From NCBI GenBank assembly GCA_039184115.1, contig JBCDBK010000002.1, positions 18,071 to 82,070 of the forward strand: a DNA stretch of 64,000 nucleotides. Direction: 5' to 3'. Positions 37,873 through 46,990 of the stretch are shown here, piece after piece. Under the pieces are notes generated by a model. That model did not search any database. It saw nothing but the letters and a program-made list of their open reading frames with translations, and was not told the DNA's origin. Origin of the DNA: Planctomycetota bacterium (lineage in GTDB: Bacteria; Planctomycetota; Planctomycetia; Pirellulales; Lacipirellulaceae). A program made the position numbers and the translations under genes. Within the stretch, counting starts at the first letter, position 1; the number at the start of each line of letters is the position of its first letter.

Positions 37873-39675
37873 ATGTTACGACAAATCCAAGAACTCGCTG
37901 ACCGCACCGCGCAGAGCTTCGCACGGCTTGGTGCGGCGATCGTCCGACCCATCGAACGACTCGTAGGCGGTGTTACCGGGAAGGTGCTGTCGGCAACCGA
38001 CCAGGTCGACCGCGTCGAGTCCGTTCTCTTTCGCGTTGTCCGAGTGCTCACCTGGCCGCTGCGTCTGGTCGGCGGACTGTTCAAACTGATTCTCCCCGAG
38101 GCGTTGACCTCGCTGTTGTCCAACGCTTGGCACAGCTTGCAGGACTTGCTAGGACGGATTGGTTCCGGACTGCTGCACGTCGCGGGTATCTTGAACCTGG
38201 ATCGGTTGGTGCTGGGACTGGTCTGGCTTACTCGGCCCATCTGGCGCCCACTCGAGTCGCTGGGCGTCTTCTTCGTTAGTTGGGTCAACACTCGAGAGTA
38301 CCGTCGGGCGTTGATGGCGATACCGGCAATCTTCTTGGCAACACTTGTGCTGGGTGTTGGCACCTGGCATGCCCTATTCGGCAAGTCGCAAGTTCGCAAG
38401 ACTTATCGCGAAGCTAACCAGCAAGCGCTCGACGCGCGCGACTACGAGCTGTCGGAACTCTACGATCGTAAGCTCGCCGATTTGGGCGAAGATACGCAGC
38501 GCACAAGCTATCGAACCGCCGAGACCTTGGCCGCCGAGGGCAAGCTTGACGAAGCTTACGAGCGGATGCTTATACTGGCACCCGAAGATCGACCAGGCTA
38601 CCCAAATGCACACTTCTGGATCATCCGCAATCTTATCGGCGGCCGACTTGGCGCCGCACCCGACGAGGCGCAACGCTTGGCGAAAGTGCATCTCGAACAT
38701 CTCGACACCGTCGGCATCGAAGCGCCGTTTGTCACGCTGCTCAAGGCTATCTGGCTGGCACGAGACAACAAGCTGGAAGAAGCTGCCGACCTCCTCGAAC
38801 CGATCGTGCCGCAGATGCAGTCGGCCGCGATGGAACGCATGCGGATCAATTTGCGGCTAAAGCGTAGCGGCCAAGCCCGACAAGACGCACGGGCCTTGGT
38901 CACCCACATGAAAACACGCACCCGCCGCGACGAGCAACTAGCCGAAAGCGATTACCAATCGTGGCTCGCGGCCGAAGATCTGCTCGGCAACCTGACGCAG
39001 ATGCGCGTGATTCTCGAAATGTGGGCCTCCGCGGACCCCGATAGCGAACCAGCACGCAAGGCGTTGGCTAAGGTCTACCGTCGGCAAGCCGCGAACATGC
39101 TTCGCGATCCATTGCCCGACGAAAAAGCAATCGTCGAGCTCTGGCTCAAGGCCGCCAAACTAGACGACAGCCCGGATGGACTGCTGAGACTCTCCCGCGC
39201 ACTTTATAAACAGCGCAACAGCACGCCTGTGTATGCGCGCATCCTTAGTGCACTGCACGAATCGCCCAGCACACCCGCCAGCTTGCTGATTGCGGTTGGA
39301 ACCGAAGCTGCCCAGCTGGGACAATATGAGGAAGCACGGCCGTTCTTTGCAGCTGCCTTGTCCAAAGATGCGAACAATCCCATTGCTTGGAATAACTACG
39401 GTCTCGTGCTCGGCGAAGGTAGCGAGATCGACCTCGACAAAGCGCTCGACGCGGTCAACAAGGCTGTTTCAATTGTGCCCAACGAGCATCGCTTCCGCGA
39501 GACGCGTGGCCAGATTCTGCTCAAGCTCGAACGTTGGCAGGAAGCAATCGCAGACCTCGAATTCGCTATCAACGGGCTCCCTAATCTGCCCGAAATCCAT
39601 CGATCACTGGCGATCGCTTACCAGGCGCTTGGCGAGGATGAACTCGCCCGCCTACACAACGAACAACTCGACTGA
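37873..39675 (+). CDS. membrane-anchored TPR-repeat protein
   Basis: N-terminal hydrophobic segments (LVLGLVWL, AIPAIFLATLVLGVGTW) are followed by about 400 aa of TPR-like repeats, for example ANNPIAWNNYGLVLGE and EAIADLEFAINGLPNLPEIHRSLAIAYQALGE. Confidence 0.8.
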   Translation: MLRQIQELADRTAQSFARLGAAIVRPIERLVGGVTGKVLSATDQVDRVESVLFRVVRVLTWPLRLVGGLFKLILPEALTSLLSNAWHSLQDLLGRIGSGLLHVAGILNLDRLVLGLVWLTRPIWRPLESLGVFFVSWVNTREYRRALMAIPAIFLATLVLGVGTWHALFGKSQVRKTYREANQQALDARDYELSELYDRKLADLGEDTQRTSYRTAETLAAEGKLDEAYERMLILAPEDRPGYPNAHFWIIRNLIGGRLGAAPDEAQRLAKVHLEHLDTVGIEAPFVTLLKAIWLARDNKLEEAADLLEPIVPQMQSAAMERMRINLRLKRSGQARQDARALVTHMKTRTRRDEQLAESDYQSWLAAEDLLGNLTQMRVILEMWASADPDSEPARKALAKVYRRQAANMLRDPLPDEKAIVELWLKAAKLDDSPDGLLRLSRALYKQRNSTPVYARILSALHESPSTPASLLIAVGTEAAQLGQYEEARPFFAAALSKDANNPIAWNNYGLVLGEGSEIDLDKALDAVNKAVSIVPNEHRFRETRGQILLKLERWQEAIADLEFAINGLPNLPEIHRSLAIAYQALGEDELARLHNEQLD

Positions 39676-39708
39676 TTTGGTCGAATTCTCAAGCGGAGTA
39701 CTTCCATT

Positions 39709-41376
39709 TTGAAACACTTGCCGACAGGTGTCGTGATCGCGGCACTCCTTATTGGACTCTCGCAACTTGCCCAAGCCGATCTCAAGCCCCAAGAGATCGC
39801 CATTCTCGCGGCAACTGGAAATCGTGGGTCAGAACGACTTGCTGAGTACTATGCCGAGCAGCGAGGAATTCCTACGGAAAATATCTGCAAGGTGATCGTA
39901 CCGAACTACGAGACGATTACCCATGAGAAATGGCGTTGGGGTATTCGTCCCGAAATCCGCAAGTGGCTGCTCGATAACGACCCGAAGGGAAATCTCCGTT
40001 GCCTCGTCACCACGTGGGGGATTCCGCTACGAGTCGAGAAAGATAAACCCGACAATCCGCGGATCAGCCGCTACCGCGAATTCCTTGAAGGCGAGTACGC
40101 CAAGCGTATCAAACTGCTCCGCGATATGGTTGCTGAGTTCGGCCTGTTGGCTCCGGGCATTAGCCCAGACGACGCGGGCGCGGTCACCAAGCCGCCCAAA
40201 CCGACCGAAGGGTCAAAAGAATCGTCGGAGCTGGACCAACTTCAGGCGGAACTAGAGACGGAGTTGCAGCAGGCCCAAGCCCGCATTCGCGAACTATCCG
40301 ATCCGGAAATTCGCAAATCGAGCACCGCGCAAGTGCAAAGTTATGCCTCCGCAGTCGGCGGCATCCAAATTCTGCTCGAGTCGCTGAACAAAAGCATCGC
40401 TGCCAATGACAATCCAGCGAACCCTTTGAAGCTGAATTTCGAACGCCTTCGCGGCATGTCGATCGCTTACACCGAGATGCAGCAAAAACTCGATCGGCTG
40501 GCCCCAAACATCGAACGCGACTCGTCAATTCTCGACATCCTCACACGCACGCGCGGGCTGATAGCATCCGTGAAATGGATCGACGAACAACTACGACTCG
40601 TCAAGCGAAACGAAACCAACAGCAGCTTCGACAGCGAGCTCTCGCTCGTACTCTGGCCAGACGACGATTACCAACTTCTGCGCTGGCAGCCGAACTACCT
40701 GCGGCCTGAGTTCAACAACTCTCAATTGCGCGAATCCTACCCAACGCTGATGGTCTCGCGCATCGACGCGCCAACCCTGCCGCTGGCCAAGGCACTGATC
40801 GACACCGCAATCGAAGTCGAAAAAACCGGTCTTGAAGGAAAGGTTTACATCGACGCACGCGGCATCGGAAAGCTCGACCGCACCAATGTCGCACCCGGCA
40901 GCTATCCCGACTTCGATCGCGCGCTATTGATTACGGCCAAGGGCATGCAGGTACAGACGTCGCTGGAGGTCATCCTCGACGAACAAGGCGAGTTGTTCCA
41001 ACCCGGCGACTGCCCTGACGCGGCTCTCTACTGTGGCTGGTATAGTCTCGGCAAATACGTGGATGCCTTCGAGTGGAAACCAGGTGCCGTTGCCTACCAC
41101 ATGGCTAGCGCCGAGGCGACGACCCTCCGCAACGAGGACAGCCAAGTGTGGTGTAAGCGCATGCTCGAAGAGGGAGTCTGCGCTACGATGGGCCCCGTGT
41201 ACGAACCCTACCTCATCGCCTTCCCGCGTCCCAACGAGTTCTTTTCCTTACTGCTGCAAGGCCGACTGTCGCTGGTTGAGTGCTACTATCGCACCAAACC
41301 ATTCAACAGCTGGATGATGACTCTGATTGGCGATCCACTGTATCGGCCGTTCGGCAAAAGCGTACTGCTGAAGTAG
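39709..41376 (+). CDS. secreted conserved hypothetical protein (resembles TIGR03790 family)
   Basis: TTG start. Signal peptide KHLPTGVVIAALLIGLSQLAQA. The C-terminus ...YYRTKPFNSWMMTLIGDPLYRPF matches my recollection of the TIGR03790 family. This needs HMM confirmation. Confidence 0.5.
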   Translation: MKHLPTGVVIAALLIGLSQLAQADLKPQEIAILAATGNRGSERLAEYYAEQRGIPTENICKVIVPNYETITHEKWRWGIRPEIRKWLLDNDPKGNLRCLVTTWGIPLRVEKDKPDNPRISRYREFLEGEYAKRIKLLRDMVAEFGLLAPGISPDDAGAVTKPPKPTEGSKESSELDQLQAELETELQQAQARIRELSDPEIRKSSTAQVQSYASAVGGIQILLESLNKSIAANDNPANPLKLNFERLRGMSIAYTEMQQKLDRLAPNIERDSSILDILTRTRGLIASVKWIDEQLRLVKRNETNSSFDSELSLVLWPDDDYQLLRWQPNYLRPEFNNSQLRESYPTLMVSRIDAPTLPLAKALIDTAIEVEKTGLEGKVYIDARGIGKLDRTNVAPGSYPDFDRALLITAKGMQVQTSLEVILDEQGELFQPGDCPDAALYCGWYSLGKYVDAFEWKPGAVAYHMASAEATTLRNEDSQVWCKRMLEEGVCATMGPVYEPYLIAFPRPNEFFSLLLQGRLSLVECYYRTKPFNSWMMTLIGDPLYRPFGKSVLLK

Positions 41377-41378
41377 CC

Positions 41379-41399
41379 GTCGGCAAGGATTGCCCCGAC
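41379..41399. terminator. weak bulged hairpin between convergent stops
   Basis: GTCGGCAA-gga-TTGCC(CC)GAC is an 8 bp stem with a 2 nt bulge and no T-run. It lies exactly between the stops at 41376 (+) and 41412 (-). Confidence 0.2.
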
Positions 41400-41411
41400 A
41401 CGAGCTAAGAA

Positions 41412-42224
41412 TCAGCGGCGTTTGCGTCCAAGCAACGCGCAGGCGGTGCCGACTAACCCGAGGCACAAGAAGCCCGAAGGCTCTGGTACGCCAACGATGA
41501 CCGCGGCGGGGTTCGTCTCGCGCGAGCTAACCAAGACCGTGCCGTTGGTTCCGAGTAGCGAAGACAGAAAGGCGTTGCTCGTACCCGTGATCGCACTGTT
41601 GGGCTCCTCAACCGGCAGGCGCGGCATGTTTCGTTCGTCGTAAGGCGGTGTCGTCAGCGGGTCGAAGCTATCTTCGCCGTCGATTGCTGATGTGTAAAAG
41701 ACAAAGGGTCCATTCACTGTCTCCTGCCGTGCATAGCCGCCCCAACCGATACGCGTCGGCTTTGCAACGCCGCCGATGCTTCGGGGCGTGGCGGCATTAC
41801 CGTCTCCATCGACGTCGAAAAACCAGCTCATGTTCTGCGCCGCCAGAGGCGCGATGAATGCAAAGTTATCGCCAATCGAAACCGTCTGATTGATCACCGG
41901 ACCGAAAGTGTCGGGCACATCATAGACCGCGCCCGTTGCGTCGCGAGCGGTCCAAATCATTGCGTTGCCAGAAAGTCCACCCGGCACCCAAAACTCTGCG
42001 CCATGCTGTGGCAACTCTCGCCAAGAGTCGATGCGCAACGTGTTCGCAACGGTATCGACCACCCCCTGCCATAGTGGGCCACCGTTCGTCGCTGGATTGA
42101 CTTCTCCCCGATCCCAGTACGTGATCCCTACCAGGTCCGCGCGGACCTCTCTCGTGGTTAGCACGCCGGTAAACAGGGCGCTAACGAAGAACAAGGCGAG
42201 AATTCTAATGCTTGCGAACTTCAT
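41412..42224 (-). CDS. PEP-CTERM sorting-domain protein
   Basis: Track ORF 41412..42281, trimmed to ATG 42224 (MKFASIRILALFFVSALFTGVLTTREVRA signal peptide). The C-terminus VPEPSGFLCLGLVGTACALLGRKRR has the PEP motif, a TM helix and a basic tail. Confidence 0.85.
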   Translation of the reverse strand: MKFASIRILALFFVSALFTGVLTTREVRADLVGITYWDRGEVNPATNGGPLWQGVVDTVANTLRIDSWRELPQHGAEFWVPGGLSGNAMIWTARDATGAVYDVPDTFGPVINQTVSIGDNFAFIAPLAAQNMSWFFDVDGDGNAATPRSIGGVAKPTRIGWGGYARQETVNGPFVFYTSAIDGEDSFDPLTTPPYDERNMPRLPVEEPNSAITGTSNAFLSSLLGTNGTVLVSSRETNPAAVIVGVPEPSGFLCLGLVGTACALLGRKRR

Positions 42225-42887
42225 CTCTCGAACTGCGACTCCACACCGCAAATGGGACCCGGCGAGATCGAGCCGAGCCAAGCTTAGTCGCCGCGAATCC
42301 TACACCGGGTGCAAAAACCCTAGACTATGCAGTCCTCCGCAGCTCCTTTAGTGGAACAGCAAACCGCGCAGAAGTCCAACAAAAACCAAGCAAATGCGTG
42401 GCTATTATCGGATCTTCACAAGCGCTACATTCTTAGGGCTGACGCCAATCTCTGGCAGGACTAAAACACCAGCCGTATTAGTGCCTGCCACTACGCAGGA
42501 ATACGTGCCAGCCGGAGAGCCAGATTCCAGCCGGTAGCGGAAGTTCTTGCCAGCCAATCGCGGAAGTCTCTGCTGAACCTATAATGCCTAAACTACGCAT
42601 TCTGGGGTAGATCTGCGTAGACCTGCGCAATTGCGAATCTTTACTGCGCAAATCTTATGCCGGCTAGATTCGAGTTTTAGCCGTTCGGCTGGACAGCGAA
42701 AAAATTCTCAATTCTTGTCGGAAAATTCTTGCATGCATTAACTGCGACCGATATGTTGTCGTCAGCTGTGCGGAGCATTCTGGCTTGCAGAAGTCCGCTG
42801 CACTTAGAGACTGTTATATCGATCGGTTGGCTCAGAATTCTCCGGAGCCGCCGTGGGGCACCTTTCAAATAGCAGGGGTACTGTCTA

Positions 42888-43715
42888 ATGAATCGGACTT
42901 CAAAAACCGGCACTCTCTTACGCGATCTTTGCGCAGTATCTATCTGCGTACTATCTCTTTGCCTTACCACGGCACCACAAGTCGCATCAGCGACAGTGAT
43001 GTATGGTGACTTTCCCGCCGCAACTGTCGACTATCTCAATGTGGAAGAGCAGACGCTCCTTTCCACTTCGGGCAAAGGCGACGGGCTGTTTGGCGCACCT
43101 ACGGTCGCAGGCGACTCGCTTGACTTCGATCCGATTGGCTTTGCAGCCAGTTCGACTGGCGGTGGTCCCTCAGACATCCTGGATGTTCAGCTCAAATTCA
43201 TGATCCAGGCAAAAGACGGTAACGTCATCAACAGCATCCTGCTTACCGAAGCAGGTGACACGACCTTAGACAACGGTTTCTCCTCGGATGACGCACTGAC
43301 CCGCGTGACCGCAAACGTATTCATCGACATTCTCGAAGTTGACGGTGTGAGCATCAATCCGATTAACGTGCAGGGCGATATGGTTTTTGCCCCGTCTGAC
43401 GGCGATTACCAGCTCTCTGTAGACAACCCCGGCGGTTCCAATCTGAACACCGCCTGGAGTGGCACTTTCTTCCAAGAACTTGGACCAATCCTCGCGTCCA
43501 ACAGTATCGATGGCGACGTGACGAAGGTGTCCGTCTCGCTTGACAACACGCTGACGGCCACCTCGGCCGCTGGTTCGACGGCCTTTATCGCTAAGAAAGA
43601 CGCCGATGGCGTGGTCATCACCACCAACCCTGATGACAACATGATTCCCGAGCCAACGACCGCCCTGCTTGGGTGCATTGGTGTTCTAGTAGCTGCCGGC
43701 TTTCGCCGCCGCTAA
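42888..43715 (+). CDS. PEP-CTERM sorting-domain protein
   Basis: The signal peptide ends in ...CLTTAPQVASA. C-terminus IPEPTTALLGCIGVLVAAGFRRR. Confidence 0.85.
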   Translation: MNRTSKTGTLLRDLCAVSICVLSLCLTTAPQVASATVMYGDFPAATVDYLNVEEQTLLSTSGKGDGLFGAPTVAGDSLDFDPIGFAASSTGGGPSDILDVQLKFMIQAKDGNVINSILLTEAGDTTLDNGFSSDDALTRVTANVFIDILEVDGVSINPINVQGDMVFAPSDGDYQLSVDNPGGSNLNTAWSGTFFQELGPILASNSIDGDVTKVSVSLDNTLTATSAAGSTAFIAKKDADGVVITTNPDDNMIPEPTTALLGCIGVLVAAGFRRR

Positions 43716-43753
43716 ACGCGACCTTGGCACAGATGCTCGTTATGAATCACGAA

Positions 43754-43784
43754 GCGAGGTGGCCCACGTCACCTCGCTTTTTTT
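43754..43784 (+). terminator. rho-independent terminator
   Basis: GCGAGGTG-gcccacgt-CACCTCGC is an 8 bp GC-rich stem followed by TTTTTTT, 39 nt after the stop at 43715. Confidence 0.7.
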
Positions 43785-44074
43785 GTGCCTTTTTCGAGCG
43801 GTCGCGAACCGATGCGAAAAGCGTACTCAGGCTGAACGCCTTCGTGCTTCTTACCACAATCGACAAAGCCCGTCCTGCTCGCGCCGCGTTGCCCCACTCG
43901 CTTAAACCACCAAATGTTCAGCTTTCGTGAAAAATGCTTTGATGCCTTCGTCGTCGCGTGTAATATCAACGGAGACGGGAACACGACGATCGGCCTGCGG
44001 TCGTCGGCGATTGGTATTTCTACAGTCACCCAATCTGCATGCACCGGTCCTATTCGGTATAGCTGAGGCAAGTA

Positions 44075-44791
44075 ATGCGTCAATTAGCAATCCGCACTGC
44101 CGCGATTTGCACTTGCATTCTGATGCAGTGCGAGGTGTCGCGCGATTGCCGAGCGGAGCTAACCATTACGCTCACCCAGCTGCCGATGAATCGCGTCGAA
44201 ATTTCTTGGTCCGGCTTTGGAACCATTATGGGCGGGCCATTTACCGCCTTGGGAGACCTCGATTTCTTCGACGCGCTTGGGATTTCTCCCTTTCAGCCGA
44301 CAATTGCAGATGACGGTTCGGGATTCGGCCAGGATTACTTGCTGGAGACTTCTAGCACTCCGCTCACGCTGACGGTCAACCCAAACCAACCTGGCGAGGT
44401 CTCTCGTACGTTCGACACCGCGCGGCTCGACCGGGACATCGTCGCGGGTAGCGGCGACATCTCGAGCGACTTTTCGTTGCTGTCGCCTGACAACTCGGCG
44501 CAGCTGATAACCTTTGGCAGTCCGTATCAGGTCTCTGGCTCGGCAACGATCGCGGAAGAGATTCTCGAACTTGACGGGGGCGATGGCAATCCCGTGCTCG
44601 GCGGCGTGCTGAACTTCTCGGACCTCAATCCTGGCACCTACGACGGCTTTACGGGTGCTTCTGCCGATTTATTCGGCGGCATGACGTTGCAGATCGTTGC
44701 GGCATCGATTCCCGAACCGGCCGCCGCCCTATTTGGCAGCCTCGTCTGCGGCGTGCTCGGCTTGCGTCGCGGTCGCCGAGTTGCCAGCTAG
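44075..44791 (+). CDS. PEP-CTERM sorting-domain protein
   Basis: N-terminal hydrophobic signal-like segment MRQLAIRTAAICTCILMQ. C-terminus IPEPAAALFGSLVCGVLGLRRGRRVAS. Confidence 0.8.
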   Translation: MRQLAIRTAAICTCILMQCEVSRDCRAELTITLTQLPMNRVEISWSGFGTIMGGPFTALGDLDFFDALGISPFQPTIADDGSGFGQDYLLETSSTPLTLTVNPNQPGEVSRTFDTARLDRDIVAGSGDISSDFSLLSPDNSAQLITFGSPYQVSGSATIAEEILELDGGDGNPVLGGVLNFSDLNPGTYDGFTGASADLFGGMTLQIVAASIPEPAAALFGSLVCGVLGLRRGRRVAS

Positions 44792-45112
44792 CGCGGACAG
44801 CAGTCGGTCGCGTCGATCGGCGAAGCGGCAGCCTGGGGGCCTTCGAGTGCGGACAGCCACCAACTCACACCGGATTCGCGGTGGTCTAGCTCGGCGTTTA
44901 TCATTCTGATCCGGTCACGCTCTTCTCGGTGCGCAGCTTTCACAGCGTGTTCCGCAATTCCGCTAAATATTCGTTAATCGCACTTATTTTACTTGAGCTG
45001 TACGTCAACTTGCGTATATTGGGCGACAGTGCTGGGCGGCGCCAGGAATAAAGTACGTTCATACACCATCGACATCGGCCATCCATAGCCGCCCGCTGAG
45101 GAGACAACAGAG

Positions 45113-45850
45113 ATGAAATTCTTGACCGCACTGCTAGCCATCGGTGCAGCTGCCTGCTTGAACTCGACTAGTAGCGCAATGTTGGTGTTTGAAGATGACT
45201 TCAGCTACTCTGACGGCAACCTCGTACCTAACGGAGGATGGTCTGCGCACAGCGGTGCTGGAAGTAACTCTGTACAAGTCAGTGGTGGTGCAATTAACCT
45301 AACCCATGGCGGCAGTAGCCGCGAGGACGTTAGCGTTAACCTCGGGATTGGAAACATCGTTCAAGGCGTTCTGACTTACACTTTCGACTTGACCGTCACC
45401 GATACCGCGATTAGCGGAACGGATTTCGAGTACTTTGCTCACTTCAGTGATGGTGGAACAAGTGCCTTCTTCGGTCGGCTCGATGTGGTTGCTCCATCCG
45501 GTTCTGGAGATTATGGCCTAGGAATCTCGCATAACAGCAGCACGGCCGAGGCTACTACCACATCCGATTTTGATTTCGGCTCGCCAATTGCCGTCAGCGT
45601 CACTTACGACTTTCAAGATCAGCAAGCTTCGCTAACTGTTGGAAGCGAAACAATTCAAAGTAGCGTTGGCACCGCTCCAGATTTGCTCACTCATATGGCA
45701 TTTCGGCAATCGAATTCCTCCAGTGATGAGACGCTGACGGTTGACAATTTACAAGTATTCTACACTGTGCCCGAACCATCCGCCTTCTTGTTTGGTGGAC
45801 TGGTTTGCACCGTAATGGCTGTGTCCACTGGTCGCAAGCGAGATCGCTAA
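45113..45850 (+). CDS. PEP-CTERM sorting-domain protein
   Basis: GAGGAG Shine-Dalgarno sequence upstream. Signal peptide MKFLTALLAIGAAACLNSTSSA. C-terminus VPEPSAFLFGGLVCTVMAVSTGRKRDR. Confidence 0.9.
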   Translation: MKFLTALLAIGAAACLNSTSSAMLVFEDDFSYSDGNLVPNGGWSAHSGAGSNSVQVSGGAINLTHGGSSREDVSVNLGIGNIVQGVLTYTFDLTVTDTAISGTDFEYFAHFSDGGTSAFFGRLDVVAPSGSGDYGLGISHNSSTAEATTTSDFDFGSPIAVSVTYDFQDQQASLTVGSETIQSSVGTAPDLLTHMAFRQSNSSSDETLTVDNLQVFYTVPEPSAFLFGGLVCTVMAVSTGRKRDR

Positions 45851-45907
45851 GCTGCCGAGGCAACGGCTCGCGTTCGCATAGCTGCAACGAAAAATAGGAA
45901 TCTCATA

Positions 45908-45940
45908 AAGCCTTTGCTCCATCGAGCACAGGCTTTTTTT
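45908..45940 (+). terminator. rho-independent terminator
   Basis: AAGCCTTTGCTC-catc-GAGCACAGGCTT is a 12 bp stem with one mismatch, running into a T-run (GGCTTTTTTT), 58 nt after the stop at 45850. Confidence 0.7.
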
Positions 45941-46203
45941 GTGCGTTGATTTCTGCGCGCAACAGCATCCTCTTGTTCGCGTCTCCGCAGCACGACATCC
46001 CCAACCGCCACGCAAGTCTTATCCATTCAACCACTTACGAGTTGTGCGGCAAAGTGCAGGTTCGATCGCGTTAAAAACCTGGGAAATTCGGTGTTTTCCG
46101 CTACCAAAAACTCGTTGCTCGCAACTAACTAGGCAGTGTACGATAGCTCGTGGTGAAATCCACGGTCGCCACTCGTCTGATTCTCTCTTCGAAGTTGTTT
46201 GCT

Positions 46204-46974
46204 ATGAAACGAATCCTCATTTCTGTGGCATTATTCCTCGCCGCTGTTCAGTCATTTGCGAATCCCGCCTATGCTGTGCTCTTTACGGGATCGGGCACTG
46301 GCGGCTTCGGCGGACCCATTGGTGGCTCGACGATGGATTGGACGGACGACGGCTCGACCGTTACGGTCAATTTCACCAAGGGCGCGGGCGACTTCAACGA
46401 TAACTTCGTCCTCTACCTCGACACGGGTGCCACCGGACGCAATGCGATCGGCACCAGCGTCAACGACCGAGCTGATGCAAATCGATCAGCGATTACATTC
46501 ATGGAAGCCGGCACCGGTCATACACTAACCCTGCCCACCGGCTTCGAGGCGTCACACGCTATCTCAATCAATACCGGCTTCGGCGGCCTGTGGTCGATTC
46601 CGACCAGTGGTGATATCAACAACGGCGACCTCGGGTTCGTCGATGCCGTCGGCAACCCGGCATCAAATACCGCAGCGTCTTTCAGTTTTTCGTTCGACCT
46701 CACAGAACTCGGACTGACACCCAACAGCGGCGCCCAGATCGACTTTGTGGGTACCTATCTCAATCCCTTCGGCGGCGCCGGCAGCCTTGGCTTCGCCTCG
46801 AACGAGGGTTATGGAAGCGGCTTTCCCGGCGGCAATATCGGACAGGCGAGCTTCTCGTTCTCCGGTTCGGCACTCAGCTACGTTACCGCCATCCCCGAAC
46901 CTTCGGCACTACTGTTTGGCGGCCTGCTCTGCAGTGTGCTAAGTCTACGCTCCGCGCGGAAACGTGATCGCTAG
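46204..46974 (+). CDS. PEP-CTERM sorting-domain protein
   Basis: Track ORF 46150..46974, trimmed to ATG 46204 (MKRILISVALFLAAVQSFANPAYA). C-terminus IPEPSALLFGGLLCSVLSLRSARKRDR, closely similar to the tail of the 45113 gene. Confidence 0.85.
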   Translation: MKRILISVALFLAAVQSFANPAYAVLFTGSGTGGFGGPIGGSTMDWTDDGSTVTVNFTKGAGDFNDNFVLYLDTGATGRNAIGTSVNDRADANRSAITFMEAGTGHTLTLPTGFEASHAISINTGFGGLWSIPTSGDINNGDLGFVDAVGNPASNTAASFSFSFDLTELGLTPNSGAQIDFVGTYLNPFGGAGSLGFASNEGYGSGFPGGNIGQASFSFSGSALSYVTAIPEPSALLFGGLLCSVLSLRSARKRDR

Positions 46975-46990
46975 CGTTGGGCCAGACAGC

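Noticed and set aside
37752-38399. 215 aa ORF on the - strand
   Set aside because: It is antisense to the exosortase 3' end and the TPR gene 5' end. The translation is Ser/Arg/Thr-rich and low in complexity.
43769-44083. 104 aa - strand ORF in the gap between two PEP-CTERM genes
   Set aside because: Its 3' end runs through the strong + strand terminator hairpin and its 5' end overlaps the start of the 44075 gene. It has no signal peptide or motif. I could not substantiate a vague resemblance to small planctomycete hypothetical proteins.
42282-46203. Sigma54-type (-24 GG / -12 GC) promoters upstream of the PEP-CTERM genes
   Set aside because: TGGCAC-like strings exist, for example near 42860 and (on the minus strand) near 54070. 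None has the required GG-N10-GC spacing with a TTGC-like -12 element, and no PrsK/PrsR-like regulator is in the window.
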